A stretch of DNA of 64,000 nucleotides from Promethearchaeota archaeon (GCA_016840085.1 JAEOTA010000051.1:1-64000); one strand, 5' to 3'; counted from the stretch's first letter, positions 39,833 through 50,435 are shown. The notes: generated by a model not told the origin, from the sequence alone. Program-made: numbers and translations.

Positions 39833-41905
39833 TTGTCAATTCAAGATTTTATTGCTCATTTAGATAAAGTTATTATAGATTTTGAAACTGGAAAACCGGA
39901 TAATAAGAGTATAGGAATAATTTATACTCCGCAACCTATTGTAGATTACATTGTTTCAAATATTTTTAAATTATATTTTGAAGAATTTTTTAATTTGCAA
40001 AACTCATCTAAATCAAACTCATTTATGAGTATATTAAAACATAATTTGTGTAAAAATGCTAATTTAAAAACAAAATTTGTTAAAAAACTAAAAACTATTA
40101 AAGTTTTGGATCCTGCTTGTGGATCTGGAAGATTTATGATTTCTGTAGCTGACAAACTGTTTTATTTTTATAAAACGCTAAACACGGGGTTAGATGATTA
40201 TGAGATAAAACAATCTATAATAAAAGATAATTTATATGGTATTGAGATTGAAGAAACTGCTTTTTTTATCACAAAATTACGATTATTATCTTGGCTTTTT
40301 TCTGGTTGTAAAAAACGGATTAATCTTCCTTCTTTTAATACAAAGGATTTAAATCTCGAAGAAATTAGCCAAATTGTTAATAGCCTTGACATAAAATTTA
40401 ATGTATTTAATTTAGATTTTCTTTTGGCGTTTGATTCTGATAAATACGATATAATCATAGGAAATCCACCTTATGTAGAAAATAAGAAAATAAAAAATAC
40501 AGAATTTAAAAAAAAATTAACTAAAAGATTCAAATCAGCTTATAGGTTATTTGACCTCTCAGTTGTCTTTATCGAGAAATCATTAGAGCTATTGAAAGAA
40601 AGAGAAGGTTTTTTATCTATGATAACAACAAATAAATTCTTATCAGCAGATTACGGTATCCACATAAGAAAGATGCTTATATTTGATACTGAGATTAAAG
40701 AAATTATTAATATATCCTCTCTTCCTATCTTTGGAAAAACTGCTGCATATCCAATTATTTTTTCCCTTAAAAAATCAATACCTAAAGTAAATAATACAAT
40801 TAAAATTAAACGGTATGAGGAATTCAATGAAATATTCGAAAATAGCAATATAAAATCACAATTTCTGCCTCAAAAATTAATAAAAAAAATTCCTGCTTTT
40901 GTCTTTCCCATCTTTGGTCAAATTAATTTAATAAATTATTTATACACTAATTTTAAACCTTTAACGGAGGTAATTAGTGATTTGAAAATTCTTTATAGAC
41001 CTTATGGATTTATAAACTGGTCCAAACACCTCAATAACGTTAAAGATAATGTAAATTTTAATAGTGGTCTATTGTTATGTGGAACAGGAAATATTGCAAA
41101 ATATCATATAAAATTTGATAAACTAATTAAAATCGCAAAAAAAATTCTTCCAATTTCTTACTTCAAATATCAAAACGAATTTAAAGATATTTGGAAGGAA
41201 TTAATGGGTGAAAAACTAATTTTCAGAGAAATAGCTAAAGAATTAACATGGATGTATGATCCAGGAATTTACACAAACGTAACTGGATTATATTTTGTAA
41301 GAATTCCCTCATTTAATCAGAATAAATTATTTTGTCTTTTAGCTATAATGAATTCAAGATTAATGGATATCATATTTAAAACCCTATTTAGTTCTCTTCA
41401 TATGGCAGGGGGATATATGAGATTTAATGGAAGTTTTATAAAAAGATTACCTATGCCTCATAAATTTCCTTTAACATTATCACATTGCGGAAAAATTTTA
41501 CAAATACTTTCCCAATTGGATTATGATTTAAATTCTGATTATAACTTTAAAAATCATGAGTTAAAATTAGCAAAAGATAAGTTTCAAATAGAAATAGTGA
41601 ATTTATTAAAGATTTTTAATAATTTAAGTAATTCTTTGGTGAATTTACTATATCTAGATGAGTTATATCTTGATTCTAACAAAGATTTCAATTACTTGAG
41701 AGAATTATTATATTCAAATATTCAGTTAAATAAGATTCAATTTAAATATTTACTACCTCGATATCAAATAAAAAATTATCACACTTTTACGATAGAAGAG
41801 TTAGAGCTTACTCTAGATGAGATTAAGAATTCATTAAATAAGATCTTAGAAAATGAGATTCTATTAAATCAAATTCAAGAAACCCAATATATAGAGTTAA
41901 TATAA
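39833..41905 (+). CDS. N6-adenine DNA methyltransferase (Eco57I/TaqI-like, gamma class)
   Basis: YTP, LDPACGSG, IGNPPY, C-terminal target-recognition region. Confidence 0.88.
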   Translation: MSIQDFIAHLDKVIIDFETGKPDNKSIGIIYTPQPIVDYIVSNIFKLYFEEFFNLQNSSKSNSFMSILKHNLCKNANLKTKFVKKLKTIKVLDPACGSGRFMISVADKLFYFYKTLNTGLDDYEIKQSIIKDNLYGIEIEETAFFITKLRLLSWLFSGCKKRINLPSFNTKDLNLEEISQIVNSLDIKFNVFNLDFLLAFDSDKYDIIIGNPPYVENKKIKNTEFKKKLTKRFKSAYRLFDLSVVFIEKSLELLKEREGFLSMITTNKFLSADYGIHIRKMLIFDTEIKEIINISSLPIFGKTAAYPIIFSLKKSIPKVNNTIKIKRYEEFNEIFENSNIKSQFLPQKLIKKIPAFVFPIFGQINLINYLYTNFKPLTEVISDLKILYRPYGFINWSKHLNNVKDNVNFNSGLLLCGTGNIAKYHIKFDKLIKIAKKILPISYFKYQNEFKDIWKELMGEKLIFREIAKELTWMYDPGIYTNVTGLYFVRIPSFNQNKLFCLLAIMNSRLMDIIFKTLFSSLHMAGGYMRFNGSFIKRLPMPHKFPLTLSHCGKILQILSQLDYDLNSDYNFKNHELKLAKDKFQIEIVNLLKIFNNLSNSLVNLLYLDELYLDSNKDFNYLRELLYSNIQLNKIQFKYLLPRYQIKNYHTFTIEELELTLDEIKNSLNKILENEILLNQIQETQYIELI

Positions 41906-42060
41906 GAGATTATTACAATGGATCTCTTCATATTTAAAAAAATCAATTTAAATGATTTTTAGATTTGTGTTTTTAAAAAATATTAAAATTAAATTTTAGC
42001 AAAGATTATATACTTAAAAAATTCAAATATTAAAAAGAATGAGTAATATAGGTGAAAAAC

Positions 42061-42384
42061 ATGGCAAAAAAAAAAAATAGTACTCCTGCTGAAGAGGAAG
42101 ATTATGAAATTCCAATAGGAAAAGTAGATGAGGATGGAGATGAAATTTTAGATTTAGAAGATTGGAAAGATAACCTAGAAGAAGATATTGATTATGATCT
42201 TAGTAAAGTTAAAGACGATATGCTAGTTGATGAAACTGAGGATGAATCGTTTGGTTATGAAATCGATGAAGCAGAAGCGCTTTTGAGAAAAGTTAAATGT
42301 GCTCCATGTCCTGGCAGCTCAAGTAAGCGAAACTGTAAAGTTAGAGATGATTTTGGGTGTCCTCCCGATAAAGCTAAGAAATAA
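42061..42384 (+). CDS. Highly acidic small protein with C-terminal four-Cys cluster; start placed at ATG 42061
   Basis: GGTGA SD 5 nt upstream; D/E-rich body; CAPC...C...C. Confidence 0.75.
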   Translation: MAKKKNSTPAEEEDYEIPIGKVDEDGDEILDLEDWKDNLEEDIDYDLSKVKDDMLVDETEDESFGYEIDEAEALLRKVKCAPCPGSSSKRNCKVRDDFGCPPDKAKK

Positions 42385-42534
42385 GACTCAACCAGACAAA
42401 TTATCTTAAAAGATAATCAAGATCTAAGAAGAAATTTTATAAATTTTTTACTATTTCATTAATATAAAAATTTTTATTTCTGTCCCAATTCTATCTTTTG
42501 GTAATTAAATGCATAGATTTCTTAAGATTATTTA

Positions 42535-43548
42535 TTGTTGTGGAAACTTTTGCTATCAAATACTCAAAAACGCATAATATTAGTATTTATTGACATTTTG
42601 TTTAGTTGGTTTATTTGGCAAGTAAATATTTCTTTAGGAAATCCATGCTATTCTACAGCTTTTTTTAGATGTTTTATTTTATCAACAACAACGTTTTTAA
42701 TAGTTTATACACCATTTGAAATTTATTGGTCTTTTCGAGACCTTTGGTTTGATCGTTGGATTAATCTCAGCTCTAAGGAAATTGAAGTTTCTGAAATTAA
42801 AATTGATTTAAAAGATGGATTTTTGGCAGCGAATATTATAAAAAATCGAAATTCAGCAAAAGTTAAATTAAAAAGCTCAATAATAGTAATTTGTCATGGT
42901 TTCTCTGATACAAAAGAAACCCTTCAGTATTATTACTTTCCATTAGTTTACCAAGGATATATTGTGTTAGCCTATGACGCCAGAGGGACAGGAAAGTCTA
43001 AAAAATTAGGGAAAAGAAGTGATTTTTTAAAAAGAATCGAGGATTTCAAGAAAGTTATTGAGTGGATAAATTTAGAAAAAGAACTCTCTGAGTTGAAAAT
43101 TTACAGTATTGGTTTTAGTATTGGAGCAATAAGCGTATTATGCGGAGGTTTTTTAAACAATAGAATTAAGAAAATAATTGCTATCTCATCAATGTCTTAT
43201 TATAAACAAAACATTCCAAAACATAATCCCGTAGTTATGTTAAGCTATTTACTTAAAAGTGTGAAACTATTCCCAAATAAGGAAGAGAACGAGAAATTAT
43301 CACCATATTTAGTAATCAATAGTGCTAAAAAAGATCTTAGTAAAGAAGAATGGAAAAAATTATCAAGAAGAGTTATGTTGGTTCACTGTAAAAATGATAA
43401 AGTTATAAAGTTCAAAAATTTTGAAGAAAATAGAATACTTCTAGAAACACCTGAAAGAAATCTAATTATCTTGAAAAAAGGGGGCCATTCTCAAAAGAAA
43501 AACGAATCTTCATTAGTAGGGGCTACACTTAGCTTCTTGTATTCATAA
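42535..43548 (+). CDS. Membrane-anchored alpha/beta hydrolase
   Basis: Two N-terminal hydrophobic segments, CHGF, DARGTG, GFSIG, D...GGH. Confidence 0.8.
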   Translation: MLWKLLLSNTQKRIILVFIDILFSWFIWQVNISLGNPCYSTAFFRCFILSTTTFLIVYTPFEIYWSFRDLWFDRWINLSSKEIEVSEIKIDLKDGFLAANIIKNRNSAKVKLKSSIIVICHGFSDTKETLQYYYFPLVYQGYIVLAYDARGTGKSKKLGKRSDFLKRIEDFKKVIEWINLEKELSELKIYSIGFSIGAISVLCGGFLNNRIKKIIAISSMSYYKQNIPKHNPVVMLSYLLKSVKLFPNKEENEKLSPYLVINSAKKDLSKEEWKKLSRRVMLVHCKNDKVIKFKNFEENRILLETPERNLIILKKGGHSQKKNESSLVGATLSFLYS

Positions 43549-43650
43549 TTGATAAAGCAAAGAATGCTCCTCCTTAATTGTGGGGGTTAAATAGTACTCT
43601 TTTAAATTAGATTAAAAAAATCTAAATTAAAAGAAGTTTCTTAAAATTAA

Positions 43651-43833
43651 ATGTTTAATTGTAAAATATGTGGAAAAGAAATTGAAAGAGTAAACTTAAA
43701 ATATGTTTTTCAGTTCACATTAGGAGATAATAAATTTGGAAAATTTATTGGTAAAGAGACTTTTTATTGCCATGTTAATTGTTTAAATGAATACACTTCT
43801 ATTAAACTAAAATTAGAACTACCTATTACTTAA
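43651..43833 (+). CDS. Small putative zinc-finger protein
   Basis: CKICG...CHVNC. Confidence 0.6.
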   Translation: MFNCKICGKEIERVNLKYVFQFTLGDNKFGKFIGKETFYCHVNCLNEYTSIKLKLELPIT

Positions 43834-43863
43834 AGAATTAAATTTTCTTATTTACCATCAGAA

Positions 43864-45030
43864 TTAATAAAGTTTGATCATTTCTTTTATCGATTCAATA
43901 ACTAATATAATACTTGCATTAACTTTTTTAAGTTTCTCCTTAAAATAATTTGTTTCTTTTTTAGATTTCTCAATTTCTTCGAAAATGTTAAAAAAGTGTT
44001 TTTCAGACTCTAATTCCATTGCATATACATTTTTTCGTTTTGTAGCATCATTCATATTTACTAAACATCCATGGTCATGAAAGTGATGATTAAATGCTGG
44101 AAAATAGGTTTCCCATAATAATTCTTTTAACTTTTCATAAACGTTTTGAGCAAGCTCCTTACAGTATTTCTTACTCCTATTGCTATAACAAAAATAGAAT
44201 GATAATTTTTTATAATTACTAGCTATATACTCTTTCAATCTTTCATATACTATATCTAATTGTTTAGTTGTTAAATTTATATGAGTGTGATTAGTATTAG
44301 GTGTACATTTATAAAATAAAGGTTTCCTAAAATGGGGTATATTATAGAGTTTGATAATATTATATACTATTGCCTCCTTAAGCCAGTGTGAAAATTTGTA
44401 AGTAATTGAATCTTTATTTAAATTTTCAATTAATTCTGTTGAAAATCTTTTAAGAAGAGAAGTTTCATGAAAATCAAGTATATATATCGATATATCCTCA
44501 TTTTCCCAGAATTTTTCCAATAAATTCTTCATAATTCTCGCATGTTCTGGAATGTTAAATTGATTTAAATCATTTTCTCCTTTATTATATTCCGGGATAA
44601 AAGTTCTCCTCCAATATCGATTTAGATTTGTACCATTTTCTAAAAAATATCCTGATTTATTTTCTTTTTTAGGATATAAAAATCCATAGGGATTCATTAA
44701 TGGAGCAAAAATTAGAATCTGAAAATTTAATAAAATTTCATTTATGGAAATCTTCGATGTTTTAATCATATTAAGAAATTCTAAAAACCCAAATAATCCA
44801 TTATATTCATTATGCTGTGCACCCACAAAAACCTTTACAAATTTAACTTTATTTGGATCCAATTCTTTTGAGATAATAATAATTGGAACTTTTCCTTCAG
44901 AGGTTTCAAATTCTAAATAATTTAAATCATCTAATTTACTAAATTCCTTAAATTTAGTTAAAATTTTTTCATATAATTTGTTTCTATTCGGCAAATCTAA
45001 TAATTCTTTTAAAGTCTCTAAGCTCACCAA
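43864..45030 (-). CDS. M14-like zinc carboxypeptidase/deacylase
   Basis: GAQHNE, PLMNPYG, NLNRYW, LDFHET, distal MELE. Confidence 0.75.
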   Translation of the reverse strand: MVSLETLKELLDLPNRNKLYEKILTKFKEFSKLDDLNYLEFETSEGKVPIIIISKELDPNKVKFVKVFVGAQHNEYNGLFGFLEFLNMIKTSKISINEILLNFQILIFAPLMNPYGFLYPKKENKSGYFLENGTNLNRYWRRTFIPEYNKGENDLNQFNIPEHARIMKNLLEKFWENEDISIYILDFHETSLLKRFSTELIENLNKDSITYKFSHWLKEAIVYNIIKLYNIPHFRKPLFYKCTPNTNHTHINLTTKQLDIVYERLKEYIASNYKKLSFYFCYSNRSKKYCKELAQNVYEKLKELLWETYFPAFNHHFHDHGCLVNMNDATKRKNVYAMELESEKHFFNIFEEIEKSKKETNYFKEKLKKVNASIILVIESIKEMIKLY

Positions 45031-45033
45031 GGT

Positions 45034-46473
45034 TTAATCAACAACTGTATCCCAATCAGAGAAATTTATAATTATTTCATAGTTTCTTACCATACTCGCA
45101 AATAATACACAGCCAATACAAAACAAATTTACAAAATCATCTTTAGTCAAATTTAATAATTTACAATTTTTTTCTGAGAATCCAATTCCTCTCTCGACTT
45201 CGATTTGCCCATTGTAACCAGATAAATTTACTACAAATTCCTGTTTATCTAAACCGGTACTAAAGCTTCCACGTGCAATTCTTGCTAATCCCCCTATTGG
45301 GATTATCATATTATTCCGTTGAGCTAAATATATCCTTAAATCGAATGTATGTTTTTTTTCCCGCCAATCAATCAAAGAAAAATTTGCCTTTTCTTGAATA
45401 GTATAGGGAAAAGGATTACGATTTTTCATAAACTTTGCAAAAAATTCCCTTTTGCTTTCTTCAATAATGCGTTTAATGTTTGCGGAATCTTCGTCTATAG
45501 ATACTGGAAATATTCCTGCTCCCCCTGAACCCCCACTTGGTTTAATAACAAAAGGTTTTTTATACTTTTTTAATAAATATTGTAGTTTATTAATTAAATC
45601 TACTTCACTAAATGCTTTAGTAAATAGAAGGTATCTAAGATTGTATTTTTCTAAAATATCTTTACTGAAATAACTAGCTAAATATGTTAGAGATTTATCA
45701 TCAGTGATTCTAAATATAGGATTAATAATAATAGTGTTAATTTGATGGTAATTTTCTTTGATTTGCATTATAAATTTCTCATCATTTAAACGTCTTGTAA
45801 TTCCATCACCTATTAAAACACTAACTTCCTCACTCTTATATTTAACCCAATTATTTGAAAATGAGAGTGTATAAGAAAGCTGTTTATAATCTGCAATTAA
45901 AAAGACAATATCCGCTTTAAAATCTTTATCAAAGTTTTCTGTATTAAAAATTTTAACAGAATAAAATTTCGATTTTAAAGCTTTTCTAAAATATTCAATC
46001 ATAATAACTTTTTCGTGAATTAACGCATCATTAACAGGCACCCCAACTAATACAAAAACCTTATTATCGTCATGTTTATTTAATTTTATTGCTTGATTAA
46101 TGGCTTCAAGATATCCATTAAATAATAATTCTTGCTGTTTTTTTGAGATTATTGAAAGTCCCCTATGCGATCCTCCATTTGTTTCTAAGAGAAAAAACCT
46201 TTTACCCTCTGGTTCATCAGACACCATAAAATCGATACTACCGGCATAGAAAGAGTTAATATTGATAAGAAAATTATCATTATCTTTTTCCATTTTCTCT
46301 AACGCTCTCGTTCTAATTAAATCAATAAAAAGGTTTTCTTGTGAAGCTCTTAATTCAGCAAATGATACTAAATTAAGTCCTAATGAGTGGCCTAATTGTA
46401 TTAATTCTAGATCTGAATCTGATATACTAGTAGACATTAGCTTAAGAAATTTATTTAGCAAACTTTCTTCCAT
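45034..46473 (-). CDS. Circularly permuted ATP-grasp ligase
   Basis: N-terminal IDF...LLETNGG; C-terminal IKPSGGSGGAGI, IQE, FDLRIY, GGLARIA, VVNLS. Confidence 0.8.
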   Translation of the reverse strand: MEESLLNKFLKLMSTSISDSDLELIQLGHSLGLNLVSFAELRASQENLFIDLIRTRALEKMEKDNDNFLININSFYAGSIDFMVSDEPEGKRFFLLETNGGSHRGLSIISKKQQELLFNGYLEAINQAIKLNKHDDNKVFVLVGVPVNDALIHEKVIMIEYFRKALKSKFYSVKIFNTENFDKDFKADIVFLIADYKQLSYTLSFSNNWVKYKSEEVSVLIGDGITRRLNDEKFIMQIKENYHQINTIIINPIFRITDDKSLTYLASYFSKDILEKYNLRYLLFTKAFSEVDLINKLQYLLKKYKKPFVIKPSGGSGGAGIFPVSIDEDSANIKRIIEESKREFFAKFMKNRNPFPYTIQEKANFSLIDWREKKHTFDLRIYLAQRNNMIIPIGGLARIARGSFSTGLDKQEFVVNLSGYNGQIEVERGIGFSEKNCKLLNLTKDDFVNLFCIGCVLFASMVRNYEIIINFSDWDTVVD

Positions 46474-46632
46474 TAAAAATCAATTAAAGACAATACAGTT
46501 ATCTTATATTAATTTTAATACAATCTTTTTTTATATTTTTTTACTCATTATTAAAAAAAGTCTCGTTCTTTATGCATTAAAAAAATAGAGAAGAATCAAT
46601 AATCTAATCTTTTCTAGTCTTTAAAGATTTAA

Positions 46633-47865
46633 TCATAAATATAAATATCCTTGATGATTCCCTTTTATAGATAATCTCAGGCTCCCAAGTAAAATTTTTT
46701 TTACTTGAAGTTGTTGTTTATAAGTTAAGTTTGAGTAAAGTAATATATAGTTCTTCTCAACATTTATTGTAAATAGGAGCCCTATTTCTGTCAATTCAGA
46801 ATTCTCTGTGAGTAAGCCTATTATAACATAGTGATAAGGAAGATTAATGAGATCATTAATGTCAATTTTCTTTTCAATAATAGTATCATTATCTTTATCG
46901 TAATCCATTTTTATAAATTCGATATCATCTAATGGAATTGAAATTTTTCTAAACTCTTCAAATTTTTTGGAAAATTGACTTTGTCTCAAAAATCTTCTCT
47001 CTTCTTTATTTTTATCATAAAAATATTTGTTTATTTCCTTTATTAAATAGATTTTTCTATCTTTTCTTAAGGTTGATGCTGTTTTTTGTATATCTTTTAG
47101 TTCTTCAATTGTATCATCATGAAATATGATTATGATATCTGGATCTACTGTTTTTATGAAAAAGTTTTTGTAGAGTATACCTGCTTCAGTTTTGATCCAA
47201 CCATCTGTATCGATTAAGATAAAATCAGTATTTTTATTATTTTCAATATATCTGTCAATTAATCTCTTACAAGAAAGAGAAACAATAAATTTATAATTTC
47301 CCTTTGGAAATGTGTTTCCTATAAAAACTGTTTCCTCAGAACTGACATTTTCACTTGATATAATATAATCCTTAATTGTACCAATGTTTAAAGTCGTAGG
47401 AAGATATATTATTTGCTGTCCAAGATCAGAATCGAGATAACCCCCTTTTAATCCCTCTTTAATAAAACTATTAGCTAAATACTTAATAAGAGTTGTTTTT
47501 CCACTACTAATTCCTAATACCATTATTTTTAATGGTGAACCAGTTTTCTGTTTTAATTTTTTTATAATTTCGTCTTTAATTTCAACCCATTGAGGAAAAA
47601 TAGAATTTTCTTCGATTAAATTAAGATTTTCTTCAAGGTTAGTGTAAATTTCTAATTTTGAATTCTGTTGCGCATATAAAGGAAAGATTTGGGCACTTTG
47701 TATTATTAAAACATTTTTTTCTTCAATACCAAGTTCTCCTTGACTACCGGTTCCTTTGATAGGAAGAAAAATCTTATTAAATACATCTATTTTTCCTTCT
47801 AATACTGTTATTCTTGCAGGGCCTTTTACCAATAAAGTATTTCCTTTATCAATATTTTTAATCAT
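46633..47865 (-). CDS. Clp1/Grc3-like polynucleotide 5'-kinase
   Basis: GISSGKTT, DSDLGQ, IDTDGW, ERRFLRQ lid motif. Confidence 0.85.
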   Translation of the reverse strand: MIKNIDKGNTLLVKGPARITVLEGKIDVFNKIFLPIKGTGSQGELGIEEKNVLIIQSAQIFPLYAQQNSKLEIYTNLEENLNLIEENSIFPQWVEIKDEIIKKLKQKTGSPLKIMVLGISSGKTTLIKYLANSFIKEGLKGGYLDSDLGQQIIYLPTTLNIGTIKDYIISSENVSSEETVFIGNTFPKGNYKFIVSLSCKRLIDRYIENNKNTDFILIDTDGWIKTEAGILYKNFFIKTVDPDIIIIFHDDTIEELKDIQKTASTLRKDRKIYLIKEINKYFYDKNKEERRFLRQSQFSKKFEEFRKISIPLDDIEFIKMDYDKDNDTIIEKKIDINDLINLPYHYVIIGLLTENSELTEIGLLFTINVEKNYILLYSNLTYKQQLQVKKILLGSLRLSIKGNHQGYLYL

Positions 47866-48080
47866 AGGTTATTCATCTTAGATCGACAATAATTTAAAAG
47901 TATTATTCAATTATGATTTTTTTTAATATCTCTAATTTACCCTTTTTTTTTACGATAAAAATTAAGTATGGATATTCAAATATTCTTCTTATAAAATGTA
48001 TATTAATCATAATTTAGGTTTTTAAAAATTGCAAAAGTCTAATCTTGATATTTTAAGTAATTTATTTAATAATAAATAAT

Positions 48081-48845
48081 TTAAGGACAAATTTTTTTTA
48101 TAAATTTTATAAGTTCTAAAACAATTTGATTATGATCTGGGCTATTTAATATTGGATGATCATTATGTTCTAACCAAATTTTCCACTTTTTTTTAGAATT
48201 AATGTTATTGTAAATATAATTCATGCTATCTTTTTTAATTACAGAATCAAATCGCCCTTGAAATAATAATGTTGGACAATTCACTTCAGTTAATGATTTT
48301 TTTATTATTTTCATCAATTTTTTTATTTTTGGCACGATATTTAAGGGTATCTTATCATAACCAACCCATTTTTGATTTGTATCTTTTCTAAATTGTTCTG
48401 AATCAACAGCGTGATATTTCATAAAAATTTTAAAGAATGGTACCAAATAAATTAAAAATGAACGAATACCTATTGGTGTGCTTATAGTAAAAATTCCATC
48501 TAAGTTATAATTTGTAGCTAATAGTAAAGTTAAAACACCACCCATAGAATGACCTCCTACAACAATCATATCACATTTATTCATCAACTTGCCCAAATCC
48601 TTATCTAAAGCAGATTTCCAATCATCAATATGAACATTCTTTAAATCTTCAGGTGTAGTCCCAAATCCCGGGAGTAAAGGAACATAAATAGTATAATCTC
48701 CTCTTGCGTGCAAATCTTCCGCTAAAGGTTTCAGATCAGCACAAGTTCCTCCTCCTCCTCCATGAATGATTAAGAGTCCAATTTCATTTCCTTCAAAATA
48801 AAACGGACCCGCACCAGGCATTATTTTTAATTTATTGCCTTTCAT
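48081..48845 (-). CDS. Carboxylesterase (alpha/beta hydrolase)
   Basis: HGGGGG, LPGFGT, GHSMGG, D...H. Confidence 0.88.
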   Translation of the reverse strand: MKGNKLKIMPGAGPFYFEGNEIGLLIIHGGGGGTCADLKPLAEDLHARGDYTIYVPLLPGFGTTPEDLKNVHIDDWKSALDKDLGKLMNKCDMIVVGGHSMGGVLTLLLATNYNLDGIFTISTPIGIRSFLIYLVPFFKIFMKYHAVDSEQFRKDTNQKWVGYDKIPLNIVPKIKKLMKIIKKSLTEVNCPTLLFQGRFDSVIKKDSMNYIYNNINSKKKWKIWLEHNDHPILNSPDHNQIVLELIKFIKKICP

Positions 48846-48955
48846 TAAAACTCAAATTTAAATTATAATTTCATGATTATTACCATTTATTATCGAAAAA
48901 GGAAATATTTTTAAAAACAAATTACCCTTAAATAAATTTTAATTCTTATAAATAA

Positions 48956-49483
48956 TTACTTTCTATGGGCCCTATAGCAAGGAATGCACATTGTGCTATT
49001 TTCATAAAACATAAGTCGATTATTCATAGTAAGTTCACCACAAATATCACACGGAATTGATTCCTCTATTTCTGCCAATCCAGGGGGATTGAAATCTAGT
49101 TCGTATATATTAAAAATATCCTTAGGTTTTGACTTTAATATTTTTTGAACCCTCTCCATTTTTGATAACTTTTTATCTCCAAAATCCTTATTCTTAATGG
49201 CTAATTTCACCGCTTTTTCAGTTTCTCTATTATAGAAATAATAATTAAGTTTTCCATAATCTTGGTGAATTAAATTACCTTTACCGTATGTAGTTCCTAA
49301 TAAAACTTGGAGTGCATCAACACTACAATTATCATTCTCAATAACAGCCACCACCTCTTCGTTAGGAGAATATTTAAATCCATTCTCTAACATGTATTTT
49401 GCAGCTAGGACACCTATTGCTAAGCCTGGACATATATGCCCATGAAATTTAACTGCTTTTTCCATTAAATCTTTAGCTTCCAT
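48956..49483 (-). CDS. FmdE family protein with C-terminal zinc finger
   Basis: FHGHICPGLAIG, CSVDALQ, TYGKGN, CDICGE...CIPC. Confidence 0.9.
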   Translation of the reverse strand: MEAKDLMEKAVKFHGHICPGLAIGVLAAKYMLENGFKYSPNEEVVAVIENDNCSVDALQVLLGTTYGKGNLIHQDYGKLNYYFYNRETEKAVKLAIKNKDFGDKKLSKMERVQKILKSKPKDIFNIYELDFNPPGLAEIEESIPCDICGELTMNNRLMFYENSTMCIPCYRAHRK

Positions 49484-49591
49484 AGATAATTTAAGAATTT
49501 TTTTTTTGATTAAATTTCAATTATATAATTTATTACATGTTTTAAATATATTTAATATAGAATGTATTAATAAGAGCATCAATCTATAAAG

Positions 49592-50083
49592 ATGAAATTA
49601 TTAGTAGATGCAATGTTAGGAAGATTAGCGCGTTTCCTTAGAATTTTTGGATATGATACTATATATGCAAACGATTTGATTGACTACTTTAAAATTAATC
49701 CTGTTCCAGATGAAAAATTAATTGAATATGCTCAAAAAAATAATCGGATTATTATAACTAAGGATTACCCTCTCTCTAAGGGTCTTAGAAACAAAAGTCT
49801 ATATCTGAAAGGAGAGGGAGTATATAATTACTTATACCAACTTAAAAGAAGGTTAGGATTAAGTTTTGATTTTAAAATTGAACGAGCAAGATGTTCGAAC
49901 TGCAATTCACCTTTAAAAAAAATTAAAGATAAAAGTTTGATAAAAAATATTGTTTTAAAAGACACATTTAACCATTATAATGAATTCTTTCAATGTTCTA
50001 ATCTAGATTGCAAAAAAATCTATTGGAAAGGGACTCATATTGAAGATATTGAAAACAAGTTAGAAAAAAAGTTCAATATATAA
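49592..50083 (+). CDS. Mut7-C RNase (PIN) domain protein
   Basis: DAMLGRLARFLRIFGYDT, RCSNCN, KIYWKGTH. Confidence 0.9.
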   Translation: MKLLVDAMLGRLARFLRIFGYDTIYANDLIDYFKINPVPDEKLIEYAQKNNRIIITKDYPLSKGLRNKSLYLKGEGVYNYLYQLKRRLGLSFDFKIERARCSNCNSPLKKIKDKSLIKNIVLKDTFNHYNEFFQCSNLDCKKIYWKGTHIEDIENKLEKKFNI

Positions 50084-50091
50084 ACTTATTT

Positions 50092-50322
50092 CTATTTTTT
50101 CTTAAAATATTTATCTTTTATTTCCATGAATCTTTGTTTTGTTTTTTCTGCAAGTTCAGTATAATTACCTTTCATATACATACTGTAGGCTTGATTTAAT
50201 AATTCAAGACACTTTCGATATTCTATATTCTTAAAATGATTTTCAGAAAGAGATACCAAATAGTCTCCCTTTTTTTTATAAAATTCTATAAATTGCTCTG
50301 ATGTATCAATTTTCTTATCCAT
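50092..50322 (-). CDS. Hypothetical helical protein, 76 aa
   Basis: ORF filling the gap; TPR-like helical pattern. Confidence 0.65.
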   Translation of the reverse strand: MDKKIDTSEQFIEFYKKKGDYLVSLSENHFKNIEYRKCLELLNQAYSMYMKGNYTELAEKTKQRFMEIKDKYFKKK

Positions 50323-50435
50323 TCTGTTTTGAAAATCCGAAATTTGAATTTAAATATATGATATCTTATATTGTTAATTATAATAAATTAACTATAATTA
50401 TTACATTCTTATATAAGTAGTTTTTGATGAATCAT

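Noticed and set aside
45034-46473. Direct call as a tubulin-tyrosine ligase because of FDLRIY
   Set aside because: The ExN motif is N-terminal and GGLARIA/VVNLS fit circularly permuted ATP-grasps better
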